From assembly GCF_038025025.1 (NCBI RefSeq), contig NW_027117342.1, positions 62,001 through 126,000 of the forward strand: a stretch of DNA of 64,000 nt, written 5' to 3'. A program made the translations under genes and the position numbers. Below are positions 24,684-36,651 of this stretch, piece after piece. The notes beneath the pieces are model-generated. The model did not search any database, was not told the DNA's origin, and worked only from the letters and a program-made list of their open reading frames with translations. This DNA is from Phyllosticta citribraziliensis (lineage: Eukaryota). Numbering within the stretch: position 1 is the stretch's first letter; each line of letters starts with the position of its first letter.

Positions 24684-27246
24684 GCGCGACAACTCCATCA
24701 CCGCGCGCGCTTCCTCCTACTCAATACAACTATTTTCGCTCCTTCGGACTCGCCACTGTGCCTGGCGTCCATCAGTCCTGCAGGCCTGAGAAACGATCCG
24801 ACAGGTGGCCCAAAATTGTGGCTGACGAGGAAATCTTGTCTGAAGAACCGACAGGAGCCCGTTTGCGACACGACGACTTTTCAGCATAGCGCCACTCTTT
24901 CATGAGCAAGCGGGGAGATTGGAGCAAAAGAAGACGGTAATGGCGAAGGGAACAGTTGAACAGAGGCAAAAAGAGAGGTAAGAGATAAAGTAAAAGCGGT
25001 TGATGGTTGGCCTACTGCTAACCCGTGGCTGTATTTGTCTCTTTGTTTAGGCGTTTACACGTCCCCCGGTGACCCTAAAATCTGACAGCAATTTTGAAGA
25101 CGAAAAAAATCATGGTCATCACCAAGCCCCCCATGCCAGTCCATGCACGACTGGCCGTCTTCGTGGTCAATATATCGTTGAATCGACGGCCGTCTCTGCG
25201 GCTCGGAAGGCTGCTGGTGCTGCTGTGACACCGGTCTCGGCATGTCGATGAGGCGCTCAGGGACCCAGCTGCGCATCTTCGGCAGTGGGTCGTGTGCTAT
25301 CGGGCACAACATGGTATTGTTGGTTCAGACGAGGAGCCGGCGCGGGAAGGCTCCTTACGAAATGACTTTATGGTCGTCTCCGTGGTGAATTTGTGCGCGC
25401 CGAAAGGGCGGGGAGCAGGGACGATGGAACAAGACAGGCGGGAAGGGCTTCGAAAGGAATGACTTGATGGTCTCCACGGTTGATTTGTGCACGCCTCCGG
25501 ACCATGGCCTCCTATCGCCGTCGGGACCTCTGCATCGCTCACCACCCACGCGCCAACCCATTCGTACATTGACCCAGGACTGCTCGCCATCGAACAAAGA
25601 AAGCGAGGTAACTAGGACAACAAGGTTGTGGCGCGCTGGGGCAGAGGACGGAATACAAGCAATTCAAAGAAACTCCACGACACCGACGGTCGACCCAAGT
25701 CTTTTTCGACGTCAGAAATTGCTCCAGAAATTTTCCAACGTCCTTTGAAGCGAGGCTCTAAGGAACGTGATGGCCACCAACGCAGATTCAACGCCACTCT
25801 GAACGGCCTCAATGTCGATCGAATTCTTGGTTGGCTTTCCTTCCCCTTCGTAAAACGGGGCAAGACGTGAGGATACGATAGGCACCGACCATTTCGAGAG
25901 CCTTGGTGACAGGGTTCTTGAGCCGCAGGAGCAAGTTGGGCAGCAAAAGGAGGACGAACAACATGTATGGGGCGCACGAAGAATCGACTCACCATTAAGT
26001 CGACGACCATCTGTACATCGCCCTTGAGGATGCTCGTCGAAGGGAGTTGCTCCGGTTTCGAGTTTCTACCTTCTCCTCATCCTATTTGACTACTGTTCTG
26101 GGCGAGCCTCTCTTTACACTCTTGCAAGGTCGACAGCATACAGGATCGGTCGCGTCATGCACTCTGCTGCGCGGGGGCAGAATGGCAGATCACCCATGTA
26201 CGCGCCTCGGGCGACGGGCCAGCAGCCGGGGACTGGTACTGATGTACTACGCCCTTGCTTGAAGTGGCGCATCTGCACCGGCCGTAGTACAAGGCTTTCT
26301 TGACAATCCCTCTTCAACTGTTGTGCCACTTTATGTCCGTACCAATGAGAAACTGCGAAGAACCAGCCACCTGCTTTTAATCGTTACAGTAAAGACCTCG
26401 ACGCAACTGCATGCACATATTGTCAGACATGCGATGCAGACACAAAGGAGCCACGGTGCTGTTCAAGGAAGCTTGGACATATTTCTAATGCCCCTTGCTT
26501 TGGACAGAAGGGTGGCTTTGAAACGGAGCAGGAAGCACTCCGTCTTGATGGCTGGGAAACAACAAACTCATGCGTGCTCTGAATCCACCTCCCTTCTTCA
26601 ATCTCAATGGCCACCCCATCACGCTCTTCGACTGTCGCTTTTTAGTATTGGCCTGCAAAACTATTCAACATCTCTTTTCGGCAAATTACTAAGACTGGGG
26701 TCGAGGGCGCATCGACCGTCCGCCGCTACCCCATTACGCCCCACCGGAGCTCACCGATGTTGCGTTGAACGCCGCGGCGATTGCAAAGGGCTCAGCTTGC
26801 GGCAAGTCTTCCGCCCTTACAGACGTTGGGACCAAAAGCCTTGCAACAACCCGCCGGCGGGAAACTGACTTCTAGGTGGGAAAAGTCACATCGCCGTCTT
26901 AAGACCTTTAGTATCGACTTCCGTGGAGCCTCTAAAACCCATTAGCTAACGCGTGTTATAGTGCATCCAATGCCGCAAAAGGAAAATCCGCTGCAGTGGT
27001 GGTCGCAACGAATGCAACGGGTCCAGCTCGGCCTGTGCCTGATGCTCCATTGCTGGCGTTTCAGCTTCGTGTCAATTTTGAAGGGTATATCTACTTACTT
27101 GCCTTTCCAATTGGAACGCTTTCTTGCTGACACGGTATGTATGAATATACAGATCAGACAGGTAGAAGTTTCACGCCTCCGGTCCAAATACACACCACCG
27201 CAACGTCGTTCTGCCATTCGCCCTGTTCAATGCCCCTGGCGCTTCG

Positions 27247-27417
27247 CAGAATCGCCAGATTCTTCGTATCCTTGAGTGCCTCCTTGGAGACAGCAGACCC
27301 ATTCGCAGCCTTGACCTTCTCGCGGCCCCTGCCGCCGACGGGGTCAGGCGCCGTGACGAGGTTCTTGAGGCAGATGACGCCGCGGTGGCGGAGGTCGTCA
27401 GCGGGGTCCTCGAGGAG
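27247..27417 (-). pseudogene. SHE4: Fragment of UCS-domain myosin chaperone (She4/CRO1/UNC-45), C-terminal end
   Basis: LLEDPADDLRHRGVICLKNLVTAPDPVGGRGREKVKAANGSAVSKEALKDTKNLAIL carries the UCS C-terminal LRHRG(V/A)VC..N motif; flanks are unrelated. Confidence 0.75.
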
Positions 27418-29565
27418 GGAGGCCTCGTCGCAGCGTCCTGACCTGACCTTCGACAACCCTCCCGACACAACATTCAAAATGGTACGGCTCCACACCCCGA
27501 CCGGAGGAAAGGAGCAAAAGAAGAAGCGGTCCAAGGAAACCCAATGTTGCAACTGGCCAAGGAGGCGAGGGCAGTAAGCAGCCGCCGGGAGAAGACCAGG
27601 TCGTCATGGCCGCTCTTCATGGAAATGAGCCTGGCAGCGTTCCCGCTAAAGCGAGCCCCGGCCGTCGCCATCCAGGCACTATGGTGGTGATTGTTGAGTT
27701 TTTCCCACAGGACCTTCCTTTTCAAATCATGTCATCGACAGAGATCTACAAATACATTGAGCGCGTCAACGGTCGGTCGGTTGGTTGCCGTTCGCCCGGG
27801 GCGCGTCCAGCTCCACAGGCAATGCACGGAGCTGCGCGAGCATTTCAAGAAGACCGCCCCTGAGAGATCTCTAAGGTACGAGATCAACATCGACTGAAAC
27901 GCCGTGGCCCGAATATCTAGACCAGTTGCGCAACACCCAGGCAGAGCGCACCGACATGTCAACACAAAACAAACGGCGTCGCGCTCGCTCGCAATTGTGT
28001 CCACATGACCTCACCACGGCTGCGCAAAAGCGAAGCGCAAGATCACGTCTCACGCACGCAGACTGGCAGCAGGAGCATCCACTGCGAGCAAGCTGACACC
28101 GGGACTCTGCAATAGCAGACGCGGACCGCCACGGCGTTTGCTGTCCTGTCGCCGCGCGGACAGTTTCAACACCCCTAGGCCCTCGCCAGCATGATTTATC
28201 CGCTCAGCTGCAACGGCCTTGCGTCATGCTGCTTGAACAGGCTGATGGCTCCAGAATCCCAGCTGTTGTGCAACTTGCCTCGACGACCTGGATGGTCGCG
28301 GCCTGGAGGCCGAGATTACGACGACGTCCAGTTGACAAACGCCGGATTCCAAGCAAACGGCGGACGTCGCACCGAGCCCTTTCCACGGGCTCAACCTGCC
28401 ATTGGTGGTCGTGCAGGCCCAAAACAGCCTTCTACATGGATTTTGTCTCCGCAGCAGGGGCGCAATTCTCTCCAGCTTCCGAATTGGCGTTACAGAGTCG
28501 ACCAACGCCAGTCCCCAGGACACGGAGAGACGGGAGGCGCCGAGCGCCCTTCTGCCCTCTTGAATCCCTGCGAGCAAGCCGTGCCCTGCTGCGTGGACGG
28601 GTGTGTACGTACCCAAGGACCGAGAATGCACAGGTCTGGCATCGCCTCCTTTTTTTCAACACTTTGCCTCGTTGGAAAATGCATGCATGGGGCCCATTGG
28701 GTAAGAATCCCCCGGCAGACCTGACTGGCAAGGCAAAGAACTCACACCATCCGGATTTAAGTGCCACGTTGCTTCAAAACTTTGTTTGTCGCCTTGCAAT
28801 GCCCTCTCTCAACTGTCTTTCAACTCTACCGCATGAGAACGGCTTGAATGATAGGGCGAGACGAGTTTTCGTGGCACGTATGTCCAACTGGAGGCGCAAT
28901 GCGATATTTTTAACTTCCATACATGTATAGGCCCTATACAAACCCGCCACATCCGCCTCAGCATTGCGCTTCTCCTCAATCTTTGCCGCCGCAATCGCCT
29001 ACTCCTTCCTTCGCGTCTTTCCTACTCCATTCTCTCAAACCATTCGAAGCCTACCAAGCAAATGACTGGAACGTGGGGTTTCCGAAACTCCGCCGCAGCC
29101 ACCAGAGGGGACCGACACTTACACCAAAAGGTAGCAACCCTGCAAATCCGACGGAGACTCCGTTCCAGGGATGGGAGTGATTTTCAAGTCAATCTACGAG
29201 TTCCCGTTCAGAAGGCAGCAGGCCGCTTGGTGTTGCAGTTACACCAACAGTTCAGGCGTCATTTCTGGCTCGTGCGACGCACGCGTATGTACATACTAGA
29301 CCAACGGCAGACTGTTACGCAGGCCTGCCCGCAGCCTGGGGTTGGATATCGCAACGGTGTAAACGCGAGCGCAGCCTACAGGTTTCGATCTACCGCCAAC
29401 ATATTCTCTTATTTTACACCCTTCGCCATTCTCATGCTCTCCGCACTGTCCCTCCCCTACTACTGTTTCGTGGAGACTGCGTCCGCAATTCAAAAAACAG
29501 ACATTTTCCCCAAACCGCGCTTGAAATCCTCCGAAAATTGCGCAGAATGCGTCATCTAGTTCGCC

Positions 29566-30174
29566 GTGGCTCCAACACCCCAGGACCGTCGCCTTCTCGC
29601 ATCGGCTCATTTCACCCGGGCAGAAAACGTCGGCACTGTAAGTACCAACAATGTACCAACTCAGACCAAGAAAAAAGAGCTGATTGATGTGTGTGATGTC
29701 ACAGACTCCTCGAGTCCCATTCCTGAAGAATTCGCCAACAACGACGACGAAAGCGACGTCACGCCCACCCCCATTCGACGCAAAATCGCCGACGAAAAAG
29801 ACGACCCCATTCCCATCGATCATGCTGGAGATGTCCACTTCAGCAATGCAACCCAAAGGAGTGCCGAGGAAGAGAAGCCACCGTCTACTGCCTCGTCAAG
29901 CCCGCAGAGCCACCACGGCCATGACAACGACGACGACGACGACGACGACAAGGAGAACAACGCGGTGCTGTCGTCGCCGAGGCTGGAAGCAATGGCAGCC
30001 GACATGCGCGACCACGCCGCCATCATGGAGGCGTGGCTGGAAATCGTCAAGCTGAGTGGGGACGCGGACCTGCAGGATCGCCTGTGGCTTGCGCACAGCA
30101 TGGTCAAGGATCTGGCGTCCGACATGCAGAAATGGGTCGAGGATCGCCGTCCCCATTCGACGACGCCGGAATGA
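29566..30174 (+). CDS. Acidic disordered hypothetical protein with short helical C-terminal domain (possibly the last exon of a longer gene)
   Basis: 202-aa ORF with coding-like composition; begins just after a possible TAG acceptor at 29559; no recognised homology. Confidence 0.5.
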   Translation: MAPTPQDRRLLASAHFTRAENVGTVSTNNVPTQTKKKELIDVCDVTDSSSPIPEEFANNDDESDVTPTPIRRKIADEKDDPIPIDHAGDVHFSNATQRSAEEEKPPSTASSSPQSHHGHDNDDDDDDDKENNAVLSSPRLEAMAADMRDHAAIMEAWLEIVKLSGDADLQDRLWLAHSMVKDLASDMQKWVEDRRPHSTTPE

Positions 30175-31714
30175 AAACAGGGGAGGAGGAGGGATGGACG
30201 AACACAACAACAAGAGAGATGGGGAGAGAGATGGAAAGGTTAGTTGTAAGGAGAGTGTGCTGATCTTTCTAGTCTTTGAGAGTAGAATGACAGCAAAAAG
30301 TTTTCTCCAATCGAAAAGCACTTGTCACAAGCCACACCTCTTGCGCTCGATCACTCCGAGTATTTGCTGTCCCACTGAAAGAGAAAGAGAAAGTTCAGAA
30401 TACATGTGACATGTAGCCATATTCAGCGACGCGGTAGGTAAGTCGTCGCGCTTTGCCGAAGTGAAGACAGTGGAGCCCCTCATGATGCTGAAGAGAAGCC
30501 GCCGTCACACACCAAGGGCGCCCGGCGGGACCTGATTAGAAGCAAGCAATTGTGACCTGTTGCACCCTCTCTCCGTGTAGTCGGCTCACATCAAATGAAG
30601 TATAGTTCTTTCCCACCGAGCCTGTCATAGCCGACTACGCCGAGCCTGCCTATCAGCAGCGGCAGCACCAGCACCAGCACCAGCAGCAAAAACATCACTC
30701 CCTGAGAGTATTCCCTCGACACGTATTAGGACAGTGGTGGTGCGCTTGTTGTAGAAAAACGTAACATTGACATGACAATTGCGCTCGGAGGTTCTGCATG
30801 AACAGCCGCTGCGCGCGCTGTAGTTGTTTATCTCGACCTCCAGATTCGAACGACGTGGCCTCCTTTGCCGAAATCACCATTATAGAAGAGGAGGAGGAGG
30901 AGGATATTCCCCCAATACCCATCAAGAGGGCTCCCATTTCTGGACAGACCGGCCGAATTCTATCGCGCTCCTTTGGCGGCAGTCGACCTATTGGTCGACA
31001 ACGACGCCGGCGGCGAGCCATTCAGCTGGCAATCCAGCCCCACCGGCAGACAGAACCGCAATGTCTGAATCAACGGGAACGCCGCCCGAAAGTCCTCCCA
31101 TGCACGCCCTTTCGAAAGAAGAAGGAGAAAAAGAGTCAAAGGTGCCATCTTCTTCAAGGTCCTTCCCGAGCAAACGAGGCGGTGCCATCATCTTTGAGGT
31201 TCTTGCCGAGCAGAAAAGGCGGTGCCATCAAAGAGAATCATAGACATGGCTGTCTTTTGCGAGGGCGAAGCCATCCCTTGGATGTAAAGAGACAATCCCA
31301 ATGCTCGCAACCACCGGTTGTTGGGAGGACTTTGGTAGAAACACGGCCAGGCTCGCCTGCTGCCGCCAGTCCAAGCAAAGGTATGACGGGACACGGCGGC
31401 GCCGGGCGCTAGTCACCAACCGGCGTTGCTGATTGTGGTCGACCTGCGTCGTTTGTTGCACTTGGGACTATGCTCCATTAAGCTCGGGCATGCGTGGTCC
31501 GCTAGGGGCGCTCCCAATGCGAAGTCTTGGTGTAGTCGGCTCCCGTATCTACCACCAACCAACATAAGCGCCTGCTGCGCCTCGGCGAATGGCTGTGTCG
31601 CTTTGGTATTCGTGTGTCATGGACGCCACTGGCCTGAAATGTCATGGAGGAGGTCTTCGACCTGAGGGGAGGGAGCTTGTCAAGCCGCCGGCCGCGCCCA
31701 AACGCCTGCCACCT

Positions 31715-31942
31715 TCAACCGCCCTTCCAAGGCGGAATCGGAGTGACCGTGGCTATCCCAGGCCGTTGTGGCTGCTGTCCTGACGCCTTCTTCTTCGCCA
31801 AATGGCTCTCCATAATCTTCCTGATGTGGGCGAGCGTCATTTCCTTGCCCTCACCGGCCTTGAGGTTGTTGAGCGTGTAGGGCGGGCCGAGAATCACCGC
31901 ATCGTCAATAACGATGGACTGCTCGTGCCAGCGCACGGGAAG
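31715..31942 (-). pseudogene. LSM12: Fragment of Lsm12 (C-terminal anticodon-binding AD domain, last exon)
   Basis: LPVRWHEQSIVIDDAVILGPPYTLNNLKAGEGKEMTLAHIRKIMESHLAKKK...PIPPWKGG* fits P.RW....IV..D.V.I.PPY....K.......L.H(V/I)RK. Preceded by CTGAC...AAACAG intron end. No N-terminal Lsm domain seen. Confidence 0.8.
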
Positions 31943-32343
31943 GCTGTTTCTCGTCGTCAGTCGCGACGTCCTCTTCCTGGGGGCGGCGTTATGTATCGCG
32001 CCAAAGCCGGCAAGCCAAATCAAGTCCTGCACTGCCTCATCCGTACTGGCTGTTGCTAGTGCTGCGCGTTGGTGCATGCGGTAAGGAACAACATCTGCAG
32101 TAGAAAAGGAGCAGGTCAGCCATATTCGTAAGAATGTGACCAGCTTGGAATGGTAGACGTGAGGGATACAAACCTGGCGGATTCACAACACCCAATGGCA
32201 GCACCATTACTCACTTCTCCAGACCTCTCCCAAAACTGGAATCCTTGCCCAAGATGCGCATTGGATCCAACCCACGGGAGTGGCGCGCCAACGCCAATTT
32301 TCCCCGGGTCACGATGGTCTCCATTTCGACCTGCTTTTGCGTC

Positions 32344-32710
32344 GTCTCGTCCACCTCGACGCGCACCGTCTCAGAAGCCGCCGTGCTGCTGGCCTCGCCG
32401 TTGACAGGATCTCGTGGGCGTCTCGTTCTCGATGCGCACCGTCAGAAGCCGCCGTGTTGCTGGCCTCGCCGTTGACAGGCTTGCCGCTGAACTCGGACGC
32501 CGCAGGGGTCTCGTCCACCTCGACGCGCACCACCTCAGAAGCTGTCGTGTTGCTGGCCTCGCTGTTGATAGGCTCACCGCTGGTCTCGGACGCCGTGGGC
32601 GTCTCGTCCACCTCGACGCACACCGCCTCAGAAGCCGCCGTGTTGCTGGCCTCGCCGTTGACAGGCTCACCGCTAGGCTTGGATCCCGCGGGGGTCTCGT
32701 TCTCGACGGA
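32344..32710 (-). repeat. 93-bp (31-aa) tandem coding repeat, about 4 copies, acidic (VDETPAASEFSGKPVNGEASNTAASE)
   Basis: Units start at 32508, 32601 and 32694 on + (93-bp spacing), with degenerate copies at 32344 and 32420. Confidence 0.9.
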
Positions 32711-32725
32711 GCAGTGCAACGCGCC

Positions 32726-33210
32726 GGGGATGCCCTCACGCGCCTCCTTGGCCGCCTTGCGCGTGGCTCGCGGCTTGCGTGGTGAGGCCTTGCTCGGAGA
32801 GGCGGAGCGCGCTGGGGGTACCCTCACACGCCTCCTTGGCCGCCTTACGCGTGGTTCGCGGCTTGCGTGGCGATGCTAGTTTGTGAGGTGAGGCCTTGCT
32901 CGGAGAGGCAGAGCGCGTGGAGTGCTCGAAGAGGCGGAGCGCATGGAGTGCTTGGAGAGGCGGAGCGCGCTGGGGATGCCCTCACGCGCCTCCTTGACCG
33001 CCTTGCGCGTGGTTCGCGGCTTGCATGGCGATGCTAGTTTGTGAGGTGAGGCATTGCTCGAAGAGGCGGAGCGCGTGGTGTGCTTGGAGAGGCGGAGTGC
33101 ACTGGGGGTGCCCTCACGCGCCTCCTTGGCCGCCTTGCGCGTGGTTCGCGGCTTGCGCGGCGATGCTAGTTTGTGAGGCGAGGCCTTGCTCGGAGAGGCG
33201 GAGCGCATGG
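32726..33210 (-). repeat. Modular repeat x4 encoding basic ASPRKPRATRKAAKEAREG
   Basis: CCCTCACGCGCCTCCTTGGCCGCCTTGCGCGTGG(C/T)TCGCGGCTTGC recurs four times with variable linkers and frame changes. Confidence 0.9.
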
Positions 33211-34254
33211 AGCATGTGCGCGTGTTTGTGGCGGTGGGGAGGAGCGATGCCTTGTCGGCGACGATGAAAAGAGCCCTTGCGTGGGCAAGTGTCCCAGGGA
33301 GTGGAGGCGGCCGAGAACATCTTGCTGGAGGGTCTCCGGGTGTGCCGCCAGGACTCTGCCGCGTAGCTGCCTCTCCCTGTACGTGAAAAGAAGGGAAAGG
33401 ACCCAAGTTCTGACGGCAGAGGTCGGGCATGGAACGGGCGACAGGTGTTTGTGGGGAAGAAGCGTGAGAAGAGCGGGTAGGAGGGCGGTAAGGAAGGATA
33501 TAGTCGGGAGAAGACGCTGTATCACCGTTAGCATGTGAGCCCGACGCCGGTTTTGATCCAAGCCATAGAGAGGGAGGCGAACACGTACACCTGCGAGATG
33601 GTGGGCGAGGAGCACGACTCGTTCTCCGAGTTCGTAATGAGCTCGAGAGTGCCTAAGCCCGAGGTTGTGGTCGACGTCTCGGCCATGGGTATGAGGAACG
33701 AGGCGATCATACGCGAGAGGAAACGCGAGATGAGGTCTAGCTCGTCGACAGGTGCGTGAGCTTGTTCAATTTCTTCTTCTCGACCAGGTCAGTCTCCTTG
33801 CACTCGCTCGGCATCTTGTGCACGACGTTCTCGGGCGTCATCCGCGAAAACCTGTGCGCCCTTGGTCGGAGACCTGACCACATCCAGCTCGCAGACCGCG
33901 CCTTCGATCATGTTCTCGTTGGCCGTGGCGACCACCAACTCGCCGTTTCTGAGTTCGTGTACAGCCACCCAGACCCGCACACGAGGTCGACCAATCACCC
34001 AAACTTTGTGCCAAAGGGGCGAAGAAAGCCTGACTTTGTTGTGTGGCGGGCCCAGAGTCGCAGCCAGCGGCCGAGAAAGCCTGTTTGAACCGACTGCTGC
34101 TTGGCCTGCTGCTCTCCTGGTTCTCGACCAGCTGCTCTTAAGGCGCTTGTGGGATTTGCGAATTTCTGCGAGGTCGGAGGTGGGCTGATGGGAGAGAGGA
34201 CGGTTTGGGACGAGGTACAAGTTGAGGAGCGACAGGAGCATGGAGAAGGGCGCG

Positions 34255-34462
34255 GCGAAGCTCTGCTCAATGTTCTCGAGCGCTCCGCCCCGCCTTCATC
34301 GTCTCCTCCTTGCCAGAGGAAGCTCTGCCACTGCCGAACCTTGTCGACGTACATGTGGCCAAGGGTGCGGGATATCTCGGGTGCTATCGACCGGAGGTTT
34401 GAACGCATCCGGATTGTGCGACCAGTGGCGAGCTCTTTGATGACGTGGAAGAGTGCGACGAG
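34255..34462 (-). pseudogene. KAP120: Fragment of importin-11/Kap120 (N-terminal HEAT region), frameshifted
   Basis: LVALFHVIKELATGRTIRMRSNLRSIAPEISRTLGHMYVDKVRQWQSFLWQGGDDEGGA/(frameshift)ALENIEQS; GGDDEGGA and KEL.T.R are recalled hallmarks of fungal importin-11. Confidence 0.8.
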
Positions 34463-34789
34463 TTGTCTTGCTGCGCCGTCAGGAACGCGGCCCAGTCTGT
34501 AGCGAGCGGAGGTTAGCAAGGAGGCTGAGGCGGCTGCAGTGGGAGCGTCCTGTACCTTGGATGATGTCCATGGTGAGGATGGTGGCGAGCACGGGTAGCG
34601 TAGCGGACAGACTGGGCGAGGACACCGGGGAGGGTGAGTAGACGGTCGCGTTTCCTCGGGCGGTGATTGACCCTTTGCCCGTCCAGGCCTGGCTGATGTG
34701 GCGATTGTTGTCTCGTTGTGTCGTGGTGTGGAGGGAGACGGCGGAGGAGCGAACGACGGGACGGCCGGGGCGGCGGCGGCGGCGGCGGA

Positions 34790-34824
34790 GACGCGACGCG
34801 ACGCGACGCGACGCAACGCGACGC
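34790..34824 (+). repeat. (GACGC)7 microsatellite next to a (GGC)n run
   Basis: Directly visible, one interrupted unit. Confidence 0.9.
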
Positions 34825-35204
34825 GTCTGGGCCGATGTTTATCCAAATGCCCAAGCCCGGCCGGGCACGCGGGGGGCAGCATCACAAGAAACACATGCCT
34901 CCAATCTTTCTTACAGGCACTCAGGAATGCATCCGTCGCACTGCTGGCAGAGAAGAGAAACGAAACTGGCCGACGCGCATCCGGCAAGGCGACTGGCCAA
35001 GAGAGATGACAGACGTGTCCGAAGACGTGTACGTGGCTCAGGGCGGCATAAGCGAGGATCCTCGAACAGTGCTCTACATCGTCTGTTGAATCTGTGGTGC
35101 CGTGGCAGGTGATGCGTCTGTGAAGGCGTTGGCGGGCTCTGCTGTTTCTCGTGTTTGCTTCTAGGTGGAGTCGTGGAACGGTGGTGTAAGTAGTGGCCGG
35201 TGAA

Positions 35205-35840
35205 TCTCGCCAGCGGGAATCATACTCGCTAGCGGGTGACTCAGCTACTCGCTCACGTGACCGGCATACTCGCCGGCGGGATTGGCCATACTCGCCGGCG
35301 AGTATGGCTTTCTTGCTCACGTGACCGGCTTTCTCGCCAGCAGGAATCAAACTCGCCAGCGGGTGACTCAGCCACTCACTCACGTGACCGGCATACTCGC
35401 CGGCGGGATTGGCCATACTCGCCGGCGAGTATGGCTTTCTCGCTCACGTGACCGGCTTTCTCGCTCGCGGGAATCAAACTCGCCAGTGGGTGACTCAGCT
35501 ACTCATTCACGTGACCGGCATACTCGCCGGCGGGATTGGCCATACTCGCCAGCGAGTATGGCTTTCTTGCTTATATGACCGGCTTTCTCGCCAGCGGGAA
35601 TCAAACTCGCCAGCGGGCCCGGTGACTCAGCCACTCGCTCACGTGACCGGCATACTCGCCAGCGAGTATGGCCATACTCGCCAGTGGGTGACTCAGCTGC
35701 TCGCTCATGTGACCGGCATACTCGCCGGCGAGTATGGTTTTCTGGCTCACGTGACCGGCTTTCTCGCCAGCGGGAAAGCCAATCTGGCGACTAGTCTTGC
35801 TGGCGACTAGTCGATCTCGCTGGCGGGAAGCACCCCCGCT
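35205..35840 (+). repeat. Locus C: largest array (636 bp) of the dispersed palindromic modular repeat
   Basis: Shuffled modules CATACTCGCC(A/G)GCG(GG/AG), GGTGACTCAGC, CTCACGTGACCGGC; includes the perfect 24-bp palindrome GCCATACTCGCCGGCGAGTATGGC. Confidence 0.97.
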
Positions 35841-36269
35841 GACACGCGTCTCCTCTAATCAATGCACCAACGACTGCTGTCGCAAGCTCGTGCGTCACTA
35901 CTGACCATGACCGAAATTTGTTTCTGCTCAGCCCAACGCGTCGTCGCGGCTCGACCGCTCGACTGCCCTGCGGCTGACTGGAGGACGCCCCGAACAGCTC
36001 GCGTCTCCCGCCAAAGCGTCTACTGCCGGACCGCAACCACCACAGCTTGCACAAGCTCAAGTCGCAATGCAACCTCCTACGGGCGAGGGCGAGGACAACG
36101 GCGACGGCGACGGCGACGGCCAGGTCGTTCTCGAGCGCCCAACACGCCCCAAAAACAGTACCGCACGGCTGCTCCAACACGGCTGTTTAAACGGAGGACT
36201 TGCAGCAGGCACTTCACAATCAGGTCACGTCACGTCAGGTGCAAGAGGTGGGTCAGGACATGTTTCATT

Positions 36270-36651
36270 CAATTCTTGCTAGCACAACATGTTTCTGATG
36301 CCTCCCATGCCAAAAGCGATTGTATTGCTGATGCGTGTCTGCAAGTTTCGTCAGTAAATGGTGGTCGGCTGAGTGAAATCGTGGAACTCCTTACCTGATT
36401 GCTGGACCGGTGCTGCGACGTTTCACAGGACTTGAGGTCTCTCCCCGTTGACTTTCACGCACGAGCGCCGAAAGTGACAGCTGCAAGCCAATTTCGTGTT
36501 GCGCTGAGGTTGCTTGTGGTTCCAATTCTTCAGGAGTAAGCATGATAGGCTGTGTATCCAGGGAGCCTTCATCTGCTGGTGTGTCTTGGAGCTTCAGGGA
36601 AGTTAGTAGGTTCCAGAGAGGGGAGAGGGGAATCTTGGAGGACGTTACCAT
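36270..36651 (-). CDS. Possible small spliced hypothetical gene
   Basis: ATG|GTAACG..CTAAC..AAG intron, ~65-codon exon, GTAAGG..CTGAC..GCAG intron, short last exon; no homology recognised. Confidence 0.3.

Noticed and set aside
33995..35416. 473-aa minus-strand ORF as a real gene
   Set aside because: It reads through repeat array C, GACGC/GGC microsatellites and the importin-11 scrap; a composite of stop-poor GC-rich sequence.
35236..35810. Repetitive ORFs (HVTGILAGEYG..., RDRHTRRR...) in the arrays, also at 48202-48717 and 61388-61822
   Set aside because: Open in several frames on both strands and module lengths do not preserve frame, so the repeat is most likely non-coding.
35205..35840. 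Point-centromere (CDEI, GTCACGTG) interpretation of the arrays
   Set aside because: No AT-rich CDEII or CDEIII, and point centromeres belong to Saccharomycetaceae, not RIP-active filamentous fungi.
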